From: Klebsormidium nitens
Taxonomy: Eukaryota > Plantae > Klebsormidiophyceae
Assembly (NCBI GenBank): GCA_000708835.1
Contig: DF237231.1
Span: 49,346-113,345 of the forward strand
Direction of reading: 5' to 3'
Length of the DNA stretch: 64,000 nt
In this document: positions 38,516-52,500 of the stretch, piece by piece
How positions within the stretch are numbered: position 1 is the first letter of the stretch
Layout of the letters: each line of letters begins with the position of its first letter
Notes under the pieces: model-generated
What the model was told of the DNA's origin: nothing
Seen by the model: the letters and a program-made list of their open reading frames with translations, nothing else
The model's database searches: none
Made by a program: the position numbers and the translations under genes

Positions 38516-40575
38516 TCACGAGCGGCTGACAAGAGACGGCGCAACACCTCGAGAAGCGAGTAACGACTGCTTCGCTTTGCCATCCCCGGGCGTGACAGCC
38601 CCCCCGGGGCTTGGAACGCTTTCTCTCCGATCCGTTCGACCCGGTTGCGAACCGGACCCTTTTCGACTTTGAAGCTCCTTTACCGAGGCCCGCATGTTGA
38701 ACCCCCTCGTGGCTTCCAGCGTATCCGATGCAGCCTTCGTATACATCTTCGCGTTGAGCCGGTTGGCTCGTTTGGCAAGGGCTGAGCTCTGCTCCAGAAC
38801 CTGTCGAAGAACACTGCTTAGATTTAGTGTTTTGCACGTGATTCGAACGGAGGATGTTAGAAAGAGGATGGGCTATGCTGAACGAGAAGAAGGATCAGGG
38901 TCCTTTTATCATCTTCGACTGTGTACAACGTGTCTCCATCTACTGTAACAAGTTCAACGCCAAAACCAATACGTTGGACCAGCTTCGGCACGTCGGTGCA
39001 CCTTTGGCTGGCCGTCGGCGCCACGAACGGAGAAGATATGTCCACGTTGTGGACAACAGAATTGCAGGTACGTCGAATGCATCGATAAAAATGACTCTCG
39101 GGCTTTTTTCACTCAAAAATGTTCACAGACATTGCAGCCTTGTCCTTCGAACGGCCCCCAGAGAATACTCAGTTCTCTATGCGGGCGCGGTGGGCAACTT
39201 GGGAACGAAAGGACGGCTTGAAACGCCTTTGACAAATGAGACACTTCCGTCAGCTCCAAGGTCTCGTCTCGTTGTTTGTCAAGCATGACAAGAGCCAAAC
39301 AATCACTCGATGTCGGGCTTTACATCCTCGTGAGAAAGTCATGAGGAAGCGGACTCCCGCCTTGCTTCACAGCCTTTCACGGGCGCGCTTTTTGCAGCCG
39401 ACCAGCCACCACTCAATCTTATAAGTCCACCACCTTGCTTGCTTTACAAACGCAGAAACGCCTCCGTCCAGCACTTTACGAACCGCACTCCAAGAGCGCC
39501 TTGCGGGCGCTCAGCCGAGTCCCATTCGTCTCTGATTGCCCCGCTTACCTGGTTGAACTCCTCGGTCTGCTTTTTGATGTCCGCCAATAGCGCGTCCTTT
39601 TCCGCACGCTTTACCGTCAGCCCCCTCTCGAGCGCCTCCAGCTTTGGTTCCACGTGGGCCAGCTCTTTGTCCAGGCGCGCAATCTCTTCCGTGTCTGCCG
39701 CGATCTGCTCTTTGGCAAGCCTGTTCTTTTCCTGTAACAAAACACGAATCATCAGGGCCGAGAAGAATGCTGCAAGCACCGTGGTTTTTGCGACCGCTTG
39801 AGGCGCCGTAATCTTAAGAGCTCGGCGCTCTATGCCATCATGTGGCCACTCAAAAGCCCCCTACGGAGCCCTCACAATAGTAACTGGGAAAAGACTGAAA
39901 TGGTAGATTATTACTCATGTACCAAAGCCCTTGTTTGGGTTGAATCTTGCCATGCCAAAAGGAGGTCGAAATTCTGGTCAAGAAGAAGATGCTTGACTTT
40001 GTTCCGAACTCAAAGAGCAGTCAAGACTTCATCAATTTCGAGATACTACATTCTGAAGGAAAAGCAGCCGACATGTATGAGCACGATTTGAGCGGATGAA
40101 ATGAAGGTACCTTGGGCCTCAAACACTGAGGCCGCCTTCCAATCGCTCAAGCGCAACGGCTCAATGCGGTAAACCACTTTCTTTAAAGTCTAGGCCAATC
40201 GTTTCCTTGCTTCTTACTTGGGGTTTACGCACAGTGAGTAGAAACTGCATATCTTGATTAAGATCGCTGACTGCGCAATTAACAATCAAGACGCTCCTGC
40301 TTCATTATGAGGCTGCCTATGCTTGCTCAGTTCCTCACCTGTAAATGTGCCATCAGCTGGTCTAGATTCTTGATCCCCCTCGACACTGCATTCGGGTCTC
40401 GGTTCATGATGGAGTCTGCCCCGGGCTTCTTGGTCGCCTTTTTGCTCCCTGTGCTGCTAGCTGCGCTGGCTCTGCTGTCAGAGCGACCAGAAAAGCCGGC
40501 CGCCTGCGACGAAAGGGCCCGGGAGCTGCGGGGCCTGCTGACAGCCTTAGGGGTGCCCCCACTGGAGCTGGCCAT
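38516..40575 (-). CDS. Coiled-coil protein of unknown function (~234 aa, 3 exons)
   Basis: Exons 40575-40339, 39731-39549, 38800-38516, all phase 0 with canonical sites. The product includes RGIKNLDQLMAHLQEKNRLAKEQIAADTEEIARLDKEL...EATRGFNM. It loosely recalls green-algal flagella-associated coiled-coil proteins (unverified). Confidence 0.65.
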
Positions 40576-41382
40576 ATTGCTATGACAGCTTTGAAAGTTG
40601 CGTAAGTATGAAAGCTTTTAGAGATGCGTAAGTATGTTGGTGATGTATTACTTCGTGCCTCCTTGAGTCGCACCACGAATGCTTAGTACAGACCTGGAGG
40701 GATGCTGCGAGAGGGAGTGAAAGAGCTCAGGTAGGAGTGAAATCTCTAATTTGTCGCAGAAGATTTGGAGTACACTGTAATGAGAGGGTGACAAGAGCTG
40801 CTCGTTGAGGTTGCTTTGTCTACTAGTATAAGATCGGCACCGAGGAGCTGCCTGTTAGAGCGCTCTTGATCAAACTGAGAGTCTATGCATGGAGCACAAG
40901 GACGTGGGGCTTGCCTCAAAGATTGAAAGCTTTTGTATCTCTTTCCCAATCCGGAAATTCAAGGCTGAGCAGAATGAAGAGCTCGAATGAGCTGTCCCGT
41001 GAGAGTCAATGTTTGCAAGAACGTACGAGTGAGAAATTAGTTTTGCTGCAGCTCAGGCCAAGCGCCAGCTTCAACGTACATGGCACCTTGCCACATCTTG
41101 CACAGGGGATAGCGAGAGATCTGACAAAATATGTGTGAGGGGGGCAGGCTCTGATGTCCAGTTATGCGTGACAGGCGCAGACGTCAGCCGCACTAGTTTC
41201 TTGCGTTATTAGATTTGAGTTGTGGAGCAGGCTGAGCTTCAGCCTGGCTTCAGCTGAATATTGGACCATTTTGCGCGCGCATCTTAATCAGAGCCTTTTG
41301 AAGCCGTCGATATCCCAACGAGACGCCCTTTTGCCGTGGATCTTCGAGCTGGCTAGGCGGCCCTTCTCGCAGCCTGCTCAGA

Positions 41383-44300
41383 ATGGCCACTCGGGAAAAG
41401 TTCCTTGTGAACGTCGTGGTGAATGTGAAGGGCGCCAAGAAGGTCATGGCGTCCAAGAAGAAGCAGAAGATCAGCGGCGTGGCCTCCACGAAGGCTACAA
41501 AAGCATCGCAGGGTCCTCGCGCGAAGAAACCAAAGCTGTCCAACCTGGAACCTGAGTTTGCGCTAGATCCGGCTGAAGCTGAGCATTCAGGACGGCAGGT
41601 TGGACAGCCGGGCCAGTCGTATGAGCTGGAGAACGGCTCGCATCCTTACGGGGTGCGGCCGATGGGGAACATGTACTTTGAGAAGGCGGAGGTGAATGTG
41701 AGGGATGCTGGGCTGGGAGAACTGTGCAATTTGAGTGACGAGCAGGTGTTGGATATTCTGGGGAGGCTGGACTCTAAGGACCTTAGTAGAGTGGCACAGG
41801 TGAGCGATGTGATGGTGGTAGTGGTGGTAATGGCTACGGTAGTTGTCTGAGAGGTGGCATTCACAGCGACATTTGTCTGATGGTCTTTCACACCGACATG
41901 TTTGCAGCATTACGTCTGCAAATCAGCAGGGTGAAAATCGAATATTTGAAGATGAGAGAACGGGGACCATTGGCGTCGATATGCAGCCCATCTGGCTGAA
42001 AAGGTCAGCTTCGCTGGTGGACAGCTTTCCTAATAATTGTGGGGGCGCCTCCAAGGTTTTCATAACCTCCTGTCAAAACTGAATGAACGCTGAGAACCCT
42101 GATCTGTGTCAAATTTCGCCCCCTTTCATTGATCCCAGCTCTTGTTTCCCAGGTTAGCAAGTCGCTGTACGTTTTTGCCCATCACGACGAGCTCTGGCGG
42201 GCGCTCACCCTACAAGAGTTCAGCGGGGGTTTTAGCTACGCCCCAGAAGGCTGGAAGCAAACGTTTGTAACACACCTACTTAACGCCACCGCAAACCCTA
42301 ACCCTAATACAAGCAGCAGGCCCCAGTTGCATTCTCTGCAACAAGACCCTCCAGCGAACGGGGCTAGGCAATCAGGGAAAGAGGAAAGAAGTCTGCAGGC
42401 AAGCGCTTTAGGGACAGCAATTGCTGTACATAAACCGCTGCAAGTATCAGGGTTCTATTCAGATTACCTCTTCCAGTCCTGGCTGTGTGCTAGCATCTCT
42501 GTCAAGCAAGAGTGGTTAGAGCGAAGCACGGTGCCCCGTAGAAGCAACCTCTCACTCCAGCAGTTCATCGACGATTTTGAGCGACCCAATCGACCTGTGA
42601 TCATCACTGATGTTGTAAAGGAGTGGCCGGCGTTTCAGAAGTGGGACCGGGAGTATCTGCTGAAAGCGGTGGGGGATGAGAAGTTTGCATGCGGGCCGGT
42701 AGAGTTTACGCTGGACGAGTATCATGCATACGGGGACTGGGCGAGGGAGGAGCGGCCTCTGTACTTGTTTGACAGGTACGTGCTCTGTTCTCAGTAGGCC
42801 TTTGTTCTGCGTTGGATGTCAGATTTCCTTCCACGTCATGATCAATTTGCCCCGTATCTTTCTTCCAGAACCTGGGAAACCGAACTCAAGGAACGTCCGT
42901 TTCATTTCGTTGACGATGCTCTGTTGTTGGGGGTGGTCTTTGAGAACTCCTTCTGTTCTGCAGTCTCTGCAGAGTACGTTGTGGGTTTGCGCATCCAAGT
43001 TGTGTCAAGCACAGAGCGTCAAGCGCCTCAACATTGTGGACCTTTACATGATCGTGCTAATGCGCCCCGCTGCTTTGCACAGTCAGCATCAGGCACCCAA
43101 TCTTACGCTGCAACAATTCCCTTTGAGCCAGTTCTGATAGATTCTGGTCGCATTAATGGCAAAACAAGACAGGTTTCCAGGTTGCGCCTTTCCTTTTCTC
43201 CTAAAGAAGCGCGGGCTCTAAATCCTTTCTCAAATTCCTTGTGATCGTGCAGCAAGTTCGGTGAAAAGGTCCCCCAATTGGTGGCGGACTACGAGGTTCC
43301 CGAGTATTTCCGGGAGGATCTGTTTGGTTTGCTGGGCGACAAGCGGCCCGACTTCCGGTGGCTCATCATTGGGCCAGCACGATCCGGCAGCTCCTGGGTG
43401 AGCCTCTCGTAGGATGCTCAAGATCGGCTCTCCAACCATGTTCTGACCTTGGGAGGTGTAAGCCACAAATTAGGTAGAGCCGATTCATCCCGTCTGACAC
43501 GCCGGGATTTGGAAATCCAATTGAACAATTGGAAAAGGCTGCCAGAGGAGTTGGACATTCCTGGTTTTGGAGACGATTTGGCGCACAGCCTGAAGTTAGC
43601 TTGCTCCATCCCGCATCTGCCCCTTACAAGTCCACTCTCTTCCGGTTGACACTATTTGCTTTGTCTTTCCCTGGATGGACTCTATCACTCTTTGCTTCTC
43701 GATGAAAATGATCGATCAACGGAGGAGACTACGAAACGCCAAGCTAGAGCGTTTAGTATTCTTCATTCAGCCGCCACACGTTGCGTTCGTCTCACTTCAC
43801 GCGGTCCTCCTGCAGCACATCGATCCAAACTCCACCTCCGCTTGGAACGCCGTCATCAGGGGGTCAAAGAAGTGGATTCTGTACCCCCCCAACATGACGC
43901 CGCCCGGCGTGCGCCCCAGCGCGGACGGCGCTGACGTGGTCGCGCCGGTGTCCATTGCCGAGTGGTTCATGAACTTTTATGACGAGACGAGGTGAGTGTA
44001 AGCCGTGGGTTCGGGTGTTCTGACGGCGTCGGTATACTTCCCCAAAAAGTTTTGCTCGTTCATGCCTGGAGAGCGGCGACCTGCCTTTTTGAAGTCGAGT
44101 CAGGAGTACGGATGATGGATCTGGGCCATCAGAGTCGTGGACTCGATCGGTGACACCTGCACTAGTTGTCGGAAGTCGCCTGGACTCAACCCGCAATTTG
44201 CCCCAAGGCCTTGCTTGTCCTTGGATAGGGATGACCCACAAAACCTTTCTCGTCCAGAACAACGAAAGAAGAATTGTACAGAGAGTGTCAACATGGCTCT

Positions 44301-45732
44301 CACTTTCTCCTTCGCAGACAGGGCGACGCCATGCGACCCCTCGAGTGCATATGCCGAGCGGGCGAGGTGCTCTTCGTCCCACGTGGCTGGTGGCACACCG
44401 TAATCAATCTGGAGGAGTCGGTGGCTGTAACGCAGGTGAGACAGCAGCATACTCTCTTCCGTCGAGAAAAACTGCGTAGCAAACGGAATAGTTGGCGTTT
44501 ATGAGGTCTGCATGCGGCCAGCGACGGTAAAGAGCTCTTTCTGTGGGTCGGAATGATCGAGGCAATCTGTGAGAGCAGAAATTGCGGCAATAGGCGCATA
44601 TGATGCGTCATTTCTCTTGGGAGCTCCTTCACTATCTTTGGCAGTCATGAGTTACGACTTTCTGACTCAGGTTTTGAGTCTGTCGGACTCGTCTCGTTCT
44701 AGTACTCCAGAACCCTGGTGCTCTTTACACTGTCCTTCCGACAATCCCAGTGTCTAACGAAAGCTGGCGGCCTCGCTCGCATACATGCCGACACGTGGTC
44801 GCCTTACTCGCCTTGCTGACGCCACCTCCCCCTTGCAGAACTACGTCAGCAGGCGCAACATCCTGGAGACCCTGTCGTTCCTCGCGCGGCCGAATGCCAA
44901 GGATCTGGTGTCTGGGACGCGAGACAGGGAGAGCCTGCACGGGGCCTTCAAAGCAGCGTTTGAGAACAAGTTTCCGGGTAAGAGTGCGCCTGCTTACCGT
45001 TGAAAGCTTCCACCTTGGACTTCCTACAAGGTCTCTTAGGGCTCTCCTATTATTGATTCGTGGGGGTCGGATGGCTTGGAGAAGCAAGGGATCATTTCAA
45101 GTTTGCCTGCATGTTTGCGAGACAGGGTTCAGTGCGAACGGTTCTGTGGTTGGATCAATTACGGGAAGAAAGAGTGAAGGGCAGTTTTTGCAGACCTTCA
45201 CTTTCAAGCCGTTTTGTGGGCCGCCAGCATTCGAATTGATTTTCTTTCGGGCCTGTGCCTGTTCAGTTCTCGTTCAGCCTTGGAAGGTAGAGGATTCGAT
45301 ATGAGATTTCAGGAACGGTGAAATGGGGAGCTGGTTCTATCATTGGATATGCACGTTCGGTCCTTACAGGCCCCTGCAGCTGCTTTTTCACCTGCGTTAA
45401 CATCAGTCACGGGCCCACTTGACAGAATTCAGTGTCTTCTGGGTTTTGAGAAGTTCTGAACTTTTCATGTTCTCTCTGTAAGGGTCATCTGAAGGACGTC
45501 TTACACGATGTCCTGTGCAGGGGAGTTGGAACGTCTCGAAGCGGAGGCTGCCGCCGAGAAGGCGAGGAAAGAACGAAAGAAGTCGTTTTGGGAGTCCGTC
45601 ACAGACGCAGGCGCGCCGGCGTTCAGTCTTGGGACGGCGCTCGCAGGGGCGACCAGTGAAGAGAAGCCTGCCGCTGCAACCGCCGATCCTTGTCCAGGCG
45701 GCTTCAAGTTTAACTTCGGTCCGTTGAGTTGA
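41383..45732 (+). CDS. JMJ22: F-box + JmjC domain protein (JMJD6 group, Arabidopsis JMJ22-like), ~609 aa, 7 exons
   Basis: Exons 41383-41799, 42153-42775, 43253-43397, 43816-43991, 44318-44435, 44839-44977, 45521-45732. F-box LCNLSDEQVLDILGRLDSKDLSRVAQVSKSLY. JmjC motifs [36 protein letters not shown] and GEVLFVPRGWWHTVINL (HxD...H iron ligands intact). Confidence 0.88.
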
Positions 45733-46528
45733 CAACAGCAGTGAACGCATGAGTTGCCCTCGATACATGGGTCTGACTTTGCACGCACAGTTCTAAGTTC
45801 CGTCAATGGCCGTATGAGTCGACTCTTCTGCAAAGGCAGCCGAAAGCGAACAGGAAACGTCTGTAATCCCATGCGCAAGCAACAACCGTATGGTCGATCT
45901 GTCAGCATCGAGTGGATGTACGTTGAGAGAGCGCGTTATGCAACTTGGCGGCTCTTGGTGCAAGCCTACTGACGAGAGCACATTATCATTCGGTCGTAGA
46001 ATATATGCGTGCTTCATGCATTCCGTTGGAATATTTTGATGCAATGATCAATCATGCTGAATATACCTAGCTCAAGGTCTACACGTACATATACATGTTG
46101 CTGGTTTGCATGAGCTCGAACTCAGCTCCGTGCGGTCAGCTAGCCAGATCGAGAGTTTCCGTATGCATCAATCACGCGGCATCCGATCGACCGGACAATT
46201 GCGCAACGTGCATATCTAAGCAGTGCCGTGAGTCTGGCCACATGTAGATTGAGTGCATGCTACGGACTGTTGTTCATTGCAAGCTTGCTAGATCTAGATC
46301 ATGTTGTCCATGGTATACGTGATCGACTCAGAATAACTCAGTGACACGCGCATGACTGAGTGACTTCCATCGCAAGCTAATTGGGCGCTAGCTGTGGGCG
46401 CAGACATCAAGCATGACCATGCAGACTACGCGTATGCACGGTTTTACTTGCACATTTGGATCAAACCTGTGCTAACATAGAGACGGTATAAGCTGACTAT
46501 TCGCGTGCATAAAGCTTGAAGATGCAGG

Positions 46529-49500
46529 TCACACAACGCGCTGTGTATGGCTCTCGACTCCGTCTGATTGCGGCGTTTGGACGCCGTCCCCCGTCCGATT
46601 GTAGATGTCCCGCCGCGGGAAAACCGCCGCCAGCAGTGCCTGCATCCGTCAGCAAAAGGATCGTCAGCATATGACGAGAGGGAAAACCTGGCCCTTTCTT
46701 TTCAATTCTGGGTTTGTCAACTCTTACGTGATTCCAAAGGAGTCCCCTAATGCGTGCGGGGCATAATGCATGGAGTTGCATCTTCATCCTCGCCCAGCTT
46801 GCTTCGAAGCTACCTCTGAAGACATAAACTTCTAATTTGCAGACGTGGATACCAGTGTCGGCGTCGTAACGTCAGCACTCGTCCAAGAACAGAGCAAATG
46901 CTTTGAAAAGCTCCAATCAGCTTCGCTAATGGTCGCTCTTTTCGTTCTGCATCGGCATTCATTGCGGGGTCCATCGACGGACCTCAGAAACAAAAGCTTT
47001 TCAACAAACAGAGGAGAGAAAGAGCGAAAAAGAAGATCGAAGGATGATAACTGAGAATCAAGGGTCAGCGAGTATCTCGCCTCTTGCTCGCTCTCCGGAA
47101 TAAGGTTGAGATACGGCCGCAAAGCGCGACGCCGGTTGACGAAGTAGTTGGTCGTCTTCTGCATGCTGCCCGGGTTGAAACGGTACCAGTAAACCGGGTC
47201 CGATAGCACGTCGACCTGACGCCAAAGACGAAATTGGTTTTGATTGCCCGGTTGAAAGACCAGTTCGTATTGCGGAACACAGTTGATTTGCACGCACGAG
47301 GGGCTGAGAACAAGGAGACGTTAAAGCAGGATCGCACCGGATGACGAAGCTCAGGAGGCGACGGATTATTAAGGTGATCAGCGACTGCATTCAGCTATCC
47401 ACCTCTCCGCTTCTGCAGATACCCCCAAAACGCACTTTCGAGTCTCACGTACGTCAGCAGAAGGATCACACCGGACGAGGTTTGACAAGTTGCAAACCGG
47501 TTCCAGCCATTCCATCTTGAGAGCACCAGTTGAAGCCTCACCCGAAACCCCCGCAGGGTGGCGTTTGCATACATCTCCCAGTCCTCGTACCCAATCCCGT
47601 AGTCTTCCGTGTACCCCCCAATTTCGAAAAAGGAAGACTTGCGCACGAAGCAATTGGCGTCGCCGAAGCAGTTCTTGAACGCGCCCACGTCGCTGCTGCC
47701 CCCCAGGAACAAATACGACGGCCGATCCTCTGCAAAGATGGGGAACTTTGGTTTTGGTTTTCCTAATACATTCGCTTTCAAAAGTAATTGCTTGAATATC
47801 TCCTATTCTGTGTACCTCTTGCTTAAAGATGTACCAACTTGCTTGGATCCAGATCCTGATATTTCTGATGCTGCTTGACGACTCTCTCCGTTCGTTGGAG
47901 GTCTTTCCCCTGAGCTACTAATAGGCTAGAGTCGTTGGACTGTCCGCCGGCGGAACTCTACTTCGATGGTCAGATTGGATTGCCGTACTCTTGATTCAAC
48001 TATGCAACCCTCTCTCGATGACTCCCGAATAATCTCTGCGGGTAAAGCGGCTTATTGAGACCGCTCAGAGCTTTTGCAAAGCAGAGCCCCAAGCTCTCCG
48101 CTCAGCTTTCCGCACACTGCAAGGCGGAGATTCCGCTCACTTTCGGACGGCGGCCGTGCGTCCGCGGACCAGAAGAAGTCGACGAAGCTGGTCATGACGT
48201 CAGCGCCGCCCCACTCCATGGCCCGCACGTACGTGCTGACCTCATGCGGCTTCGCCCAGTTGTCGTCGTCCATGAACAGAATGTACTTCCCTGCGGGACG
48301 CCACGTGTTTGACCTCAGTGCGACGTTACTCGCAATGAGAGCCATCTTTGCGAATCCTAGGGTCACGACTTGATTATGCAACCCCCCAGAACCTGGGGCT
48401 GTGCTAAATCGGCTACAGAATGCTCCTAAAAGGGCAAGTTCACATGGTCGAGGGGCAGACACATAAGTTAACCGTTGTTCTCAAGCCTGTGCCTGGATCC
48501 TGGCCAGATTGCAAGGAACTCGTAGATTTGACCAGTGGTCTGGAGTCAATCGGAATGGCAAGAACTCGAATTGCGGAGACAAGGGAGGCAAAGACTCGCT
48601 TTATTCTCCTTTAGAAGTCGTTCAAACACTCAATAAGATATCAGAGAAGATGGTCAGCTGGGAAGAGCAAACCTAGCATGAATCTCTAGAGGCCTACCTT
48701 TCGCAAGTCGCGCGCCCGCGTTCCGCGCCGCGCCTAGGTACGCGTTCGCCTGCCTATAGACCCTCCAACCCCGCGACTGGAATACGGGTTCTATCTCGTC
48801 CAGAAACCGGATGGCGTCTTCTTGCGTGCTCCCGTCGTCGACTAAAACGACCTCGAAACTCTCCGCCGGGTAATCCTGCGCCTCTAGTGACTCGATCGCC
48901 TGAAAAAGGCAGGGGCGTTATTACATCCGCGAAGGAAGTGAGGAATGGTCTTTTTAAAGCGATTGATTCGAGCTCTTGTTTCGACCTTACCCGCGTGGGC
49001 ATCTTTCAAGGACAGTGGCGTTCGAGACCTTTTTGAAGCCTATGGAGGATTCTCAAAAAGCAAAGCAAAGTTGATGAATCATCCTTTTGAATGTGCATTT
49101 TCATTCTGAGGACCATACCCGTTCGTCGTATCAAAATTTTGAGAACAGACGACTCGCTTCATCCAGAAGGCACGGCACAGGCCACTTTCCAGGAAGTAAT
49201 TCTCAGCCTCCAGCAACCAAATCTTGAACGATCTCGGCAGATCCCCCCGGGCCAATCTCACCTGTTTGCAAAGGGCAGGCCGGTTGAAGTGCGTCATCAC
49301 CACCGAGACTAACGGCCGGTCCTTTCCGGCCAGGTTTGCCTCTAACCGCGCCCATCGCTCGTCGTCCCTGGCGCGCGTCGCGGCCGCGGTACGCGCGTGC
49401 CACGTCATCCAGGCGTTCTCGTTCGCGGCCGCGTCGACGGCCGGGCGCGCGGGCCGGACGCCGTCCAAAAGGGCGCGTGACAGGCGGTCGACCAGGCTCT

Positions 49501-52500
49501 TTAACCGAGGGGAAAGAGACGTGGGTAAGTGTGCGTCGACTGACTGATCCCTCGCTCGCAAGGGTAGGAATTTGAGAAGAATGCGACGAGTGATGATTCG
49601 ATTTCCTCAGCTTCGATCTTTGCTTGGAGCGCGAAACTTCAGTCCATAAAGCGGAAGACTGGCCGGATTCAAGCAATTTTCTTCCGATGCAACTGTTCAG
49701 CTTGCACAGCATATATCCAGAAGCCACGACGCGCTCTCCTCTTTTGCAGGCACCCTCGGCTCTTTCTGGAAGATGGATAAGATTTCTCAAACCTATTTAG
49801 GACGTACCTGCACTGTCGGCTCGAACAGCGCGTGCGGCCGGTCACTGGGGTGTATTAAGTCGCTGATGCCGCCCACGTCAGCAGCAACGAAGGGGATCCC
49901 CAGCTCCGCGCACTGCGAGAACGAAGGAGCTGATTCGACACCTTCGCTTCTAAATCAGTCACTTGGGAGATGCTCGTAGATTAGGACCTTTCTCTGTGCG
50001 TCGAGAAGACGTGATTTGCTTTTGTGCCCAGCGAAGAGGCTTTGATTGCGAGAGTCCGAGAAGGCGTACTTTTTCAAGGTCCCTTTCAGTTGCTGACGAA
50101 CAGACGAAAAGAGTGACCGCCTTGCGCTCTTCGCCTTTTCTCTGAAACTACATCCGTTCACTTATTGACTGACAGTTTTAGCAGAGGTTTTCGGCTCTCA
50201 CCTCATAAACAGTGTACGGTGAGTTCTCCACTTTGGACGGCATCACCGCCAGCCTTCCCGGCCCCCGCAAATATTCTTTCGCCTCCAGGGGGTCCATTCG
50301 CGTCACAATCTTCCAGGGAAGAGCCCCCCACCGCCGCGCCCGCCGCTGGACGTACTCTACCCCCCACTCGGCCTCAATGATCGCGCTACGGCCCAGAAAC
50401 GTGACCCGCTCTAGTTTCGAGAGGACTTCCGCTCGCTGCGCCCCGCTCAGTTGCATCCGAATGCTCCGGGCTTCATCTGCCTTGACTATGCGCTGATGGG
50501 CTGTTGCTTGCGTCTCGTTGTTAACCCTAGCAACTGCACTCTCTGTTAAAGGCGTCCCCACGACTTGCCCTTTACTTCGGTCTCCGCTTTCCCCTTCATC
50601 GGCTTCTTTGGGCGATTCCAAAACCTCCAGAGACCCATCACCGATCTCGGTAAAACCCCCCAGAATCTCGTCGATCGCGTCGCAGAAAGTGACGGCGCCC
50701 TTGCGCGTTTCGAGCCGGCCAAAGAAGACCAGCTCGAAGACAGTCAACGAACTTCTCGGCTTCCCCCGGGTGTGGTCGGGGCTCCAGTCAGTCTTCGGCA
50801 GCAGATTGGGTTGCACGAATGTCCGTTCCAGGTCTAGTTGCCAACCCTCGCTTTCCATCCACTGCGCAGGCAAGCACCCGGTCATCACTTGGGGGCCGAA
50901 GCGTATGGCGATACACTTGCGAGACTATTTCGACTTTTGGCAAGGGATTGATGGCGTGCGGTCCTACATATCGCTAGTATCCGCTTTGCCAATGACACTT
51001 AATCTCGACAATGTTCGCGGAGACTGAGCCGGCCTAGAAAGGGGCAGAAGCGCAACCTCAATAATGGGTGTGACCGAAACACGACCGCCTTTATCGACGG
51101 TGAAAAGTACAGGTCGTTGCCGTCATCTCCCCAGTCATTTCTCATAGGATACAGTGACTCCTCGCGACTGGAAGCGCCCAAAAGAGTACCGGAAACGAAC
51201 GGACAGCTTCGACGGAAGCGTCAGACGGAAGGCGACTACGAAACGCAGCGGAATGGAGCGGAACGCGGAGCGAGCGAAGTTTGCCCCCACCTGCAGTATG
51301 TACTGACTGGGCGCGACCACGTAGTCCGCGAGCGCCACCGCGCGCTGCTCCATAAAATTGCCCTCCAAGCTGCGGACAGCGGTAATGGGTTCGCCGTTAC
51401 CGGCCTTCTTCGCCCAGAAGCTCGGCCCGTGCACACCCACAACTAGAGCGGTGCCCTTGAGCGCAAGGCCCTGTTTCTTGGCGAGGACGGAGTAGTAGCC
51501 GGCGCCCTGGGAGAGTTGAATGGGGGCAGTCTTGGGAACAGGGCCTCTCTATTTTTTTGTCGCTAGGATCCATTTTGTATGATCTACTTCGTTATAACCA
51601 GCGGAAAGTTATGGAATTTGAAGACTCTGATATCGAAGTACGAAGCAGAAAGACGGTGTGCGATGTTGGCGCCTTTGCTTTCACACAAAGGTGACGTCAC
51701 GTGTGACGTCGGTCACACGTGTACGGCCGCACCTGATAGTCCGGGAAGTGCACGACGTCGAAGCTCCGCTCCCGCAGGAACCGCAGCACTTCGTGCGATT
51801 CGATCAGCGCTTTCGGCACGTGATGCGTCCCGGGGGGGGGGCGCTGTAGCCCTAGCAAGGCGATCCCGGCTTTCGCATAGTGCAAAACCCACTCCTGGAA
51901 AGTGCCGCGCATCGAGACCTTCCCCATGGTGAAGAGAATGGTCACCTGCGAACGAGAGGAGGGTGATGAAAATTGCTGATGGAATTACGGTTCGCTTTGC
52001 TGACGGGTTGGTCATTTGTCTGCTTTGGTGAGATGTGAGGTTCTCAGGACCCAGAGTCAAGTGATAAAGGAAAGGAGACGCTTTGTAATGCAGCGAAGTT
52101 GGGAGATTTGCATAGCACTCTGCGTCGTATTGTGGAGACGAGAAACGGCGTAGGAAAGCCCATCTAATTTCCCCGATGCCACTGAATACTTCCATTTGCC
52201 GCGTCAATCAGAGTTGTGCTGAGACATAACTAGTCGAGATCCTCCGACAAGTATGAAGGTATCCAGGCTTCCGGCAATTTCACATCAAAATCTAGAAGAT
52301 GGCAACTTTTTTCTCCGAGCAGGACGATTGCCGGCATTCAAATCTGCAAAACAAGCCCACCTGATGACCCCGCTCGGCGAGGCTGTAAGCCATCGTCGTA
52401 AACGCTGTTCCAATGCCGCCGTTTGTGATCGGCCCAGCCACCTCGTTCGTCACAAAGCATACTTGCAACTTTCGATCGAGTTCTTTGACAATCCCCTTCT

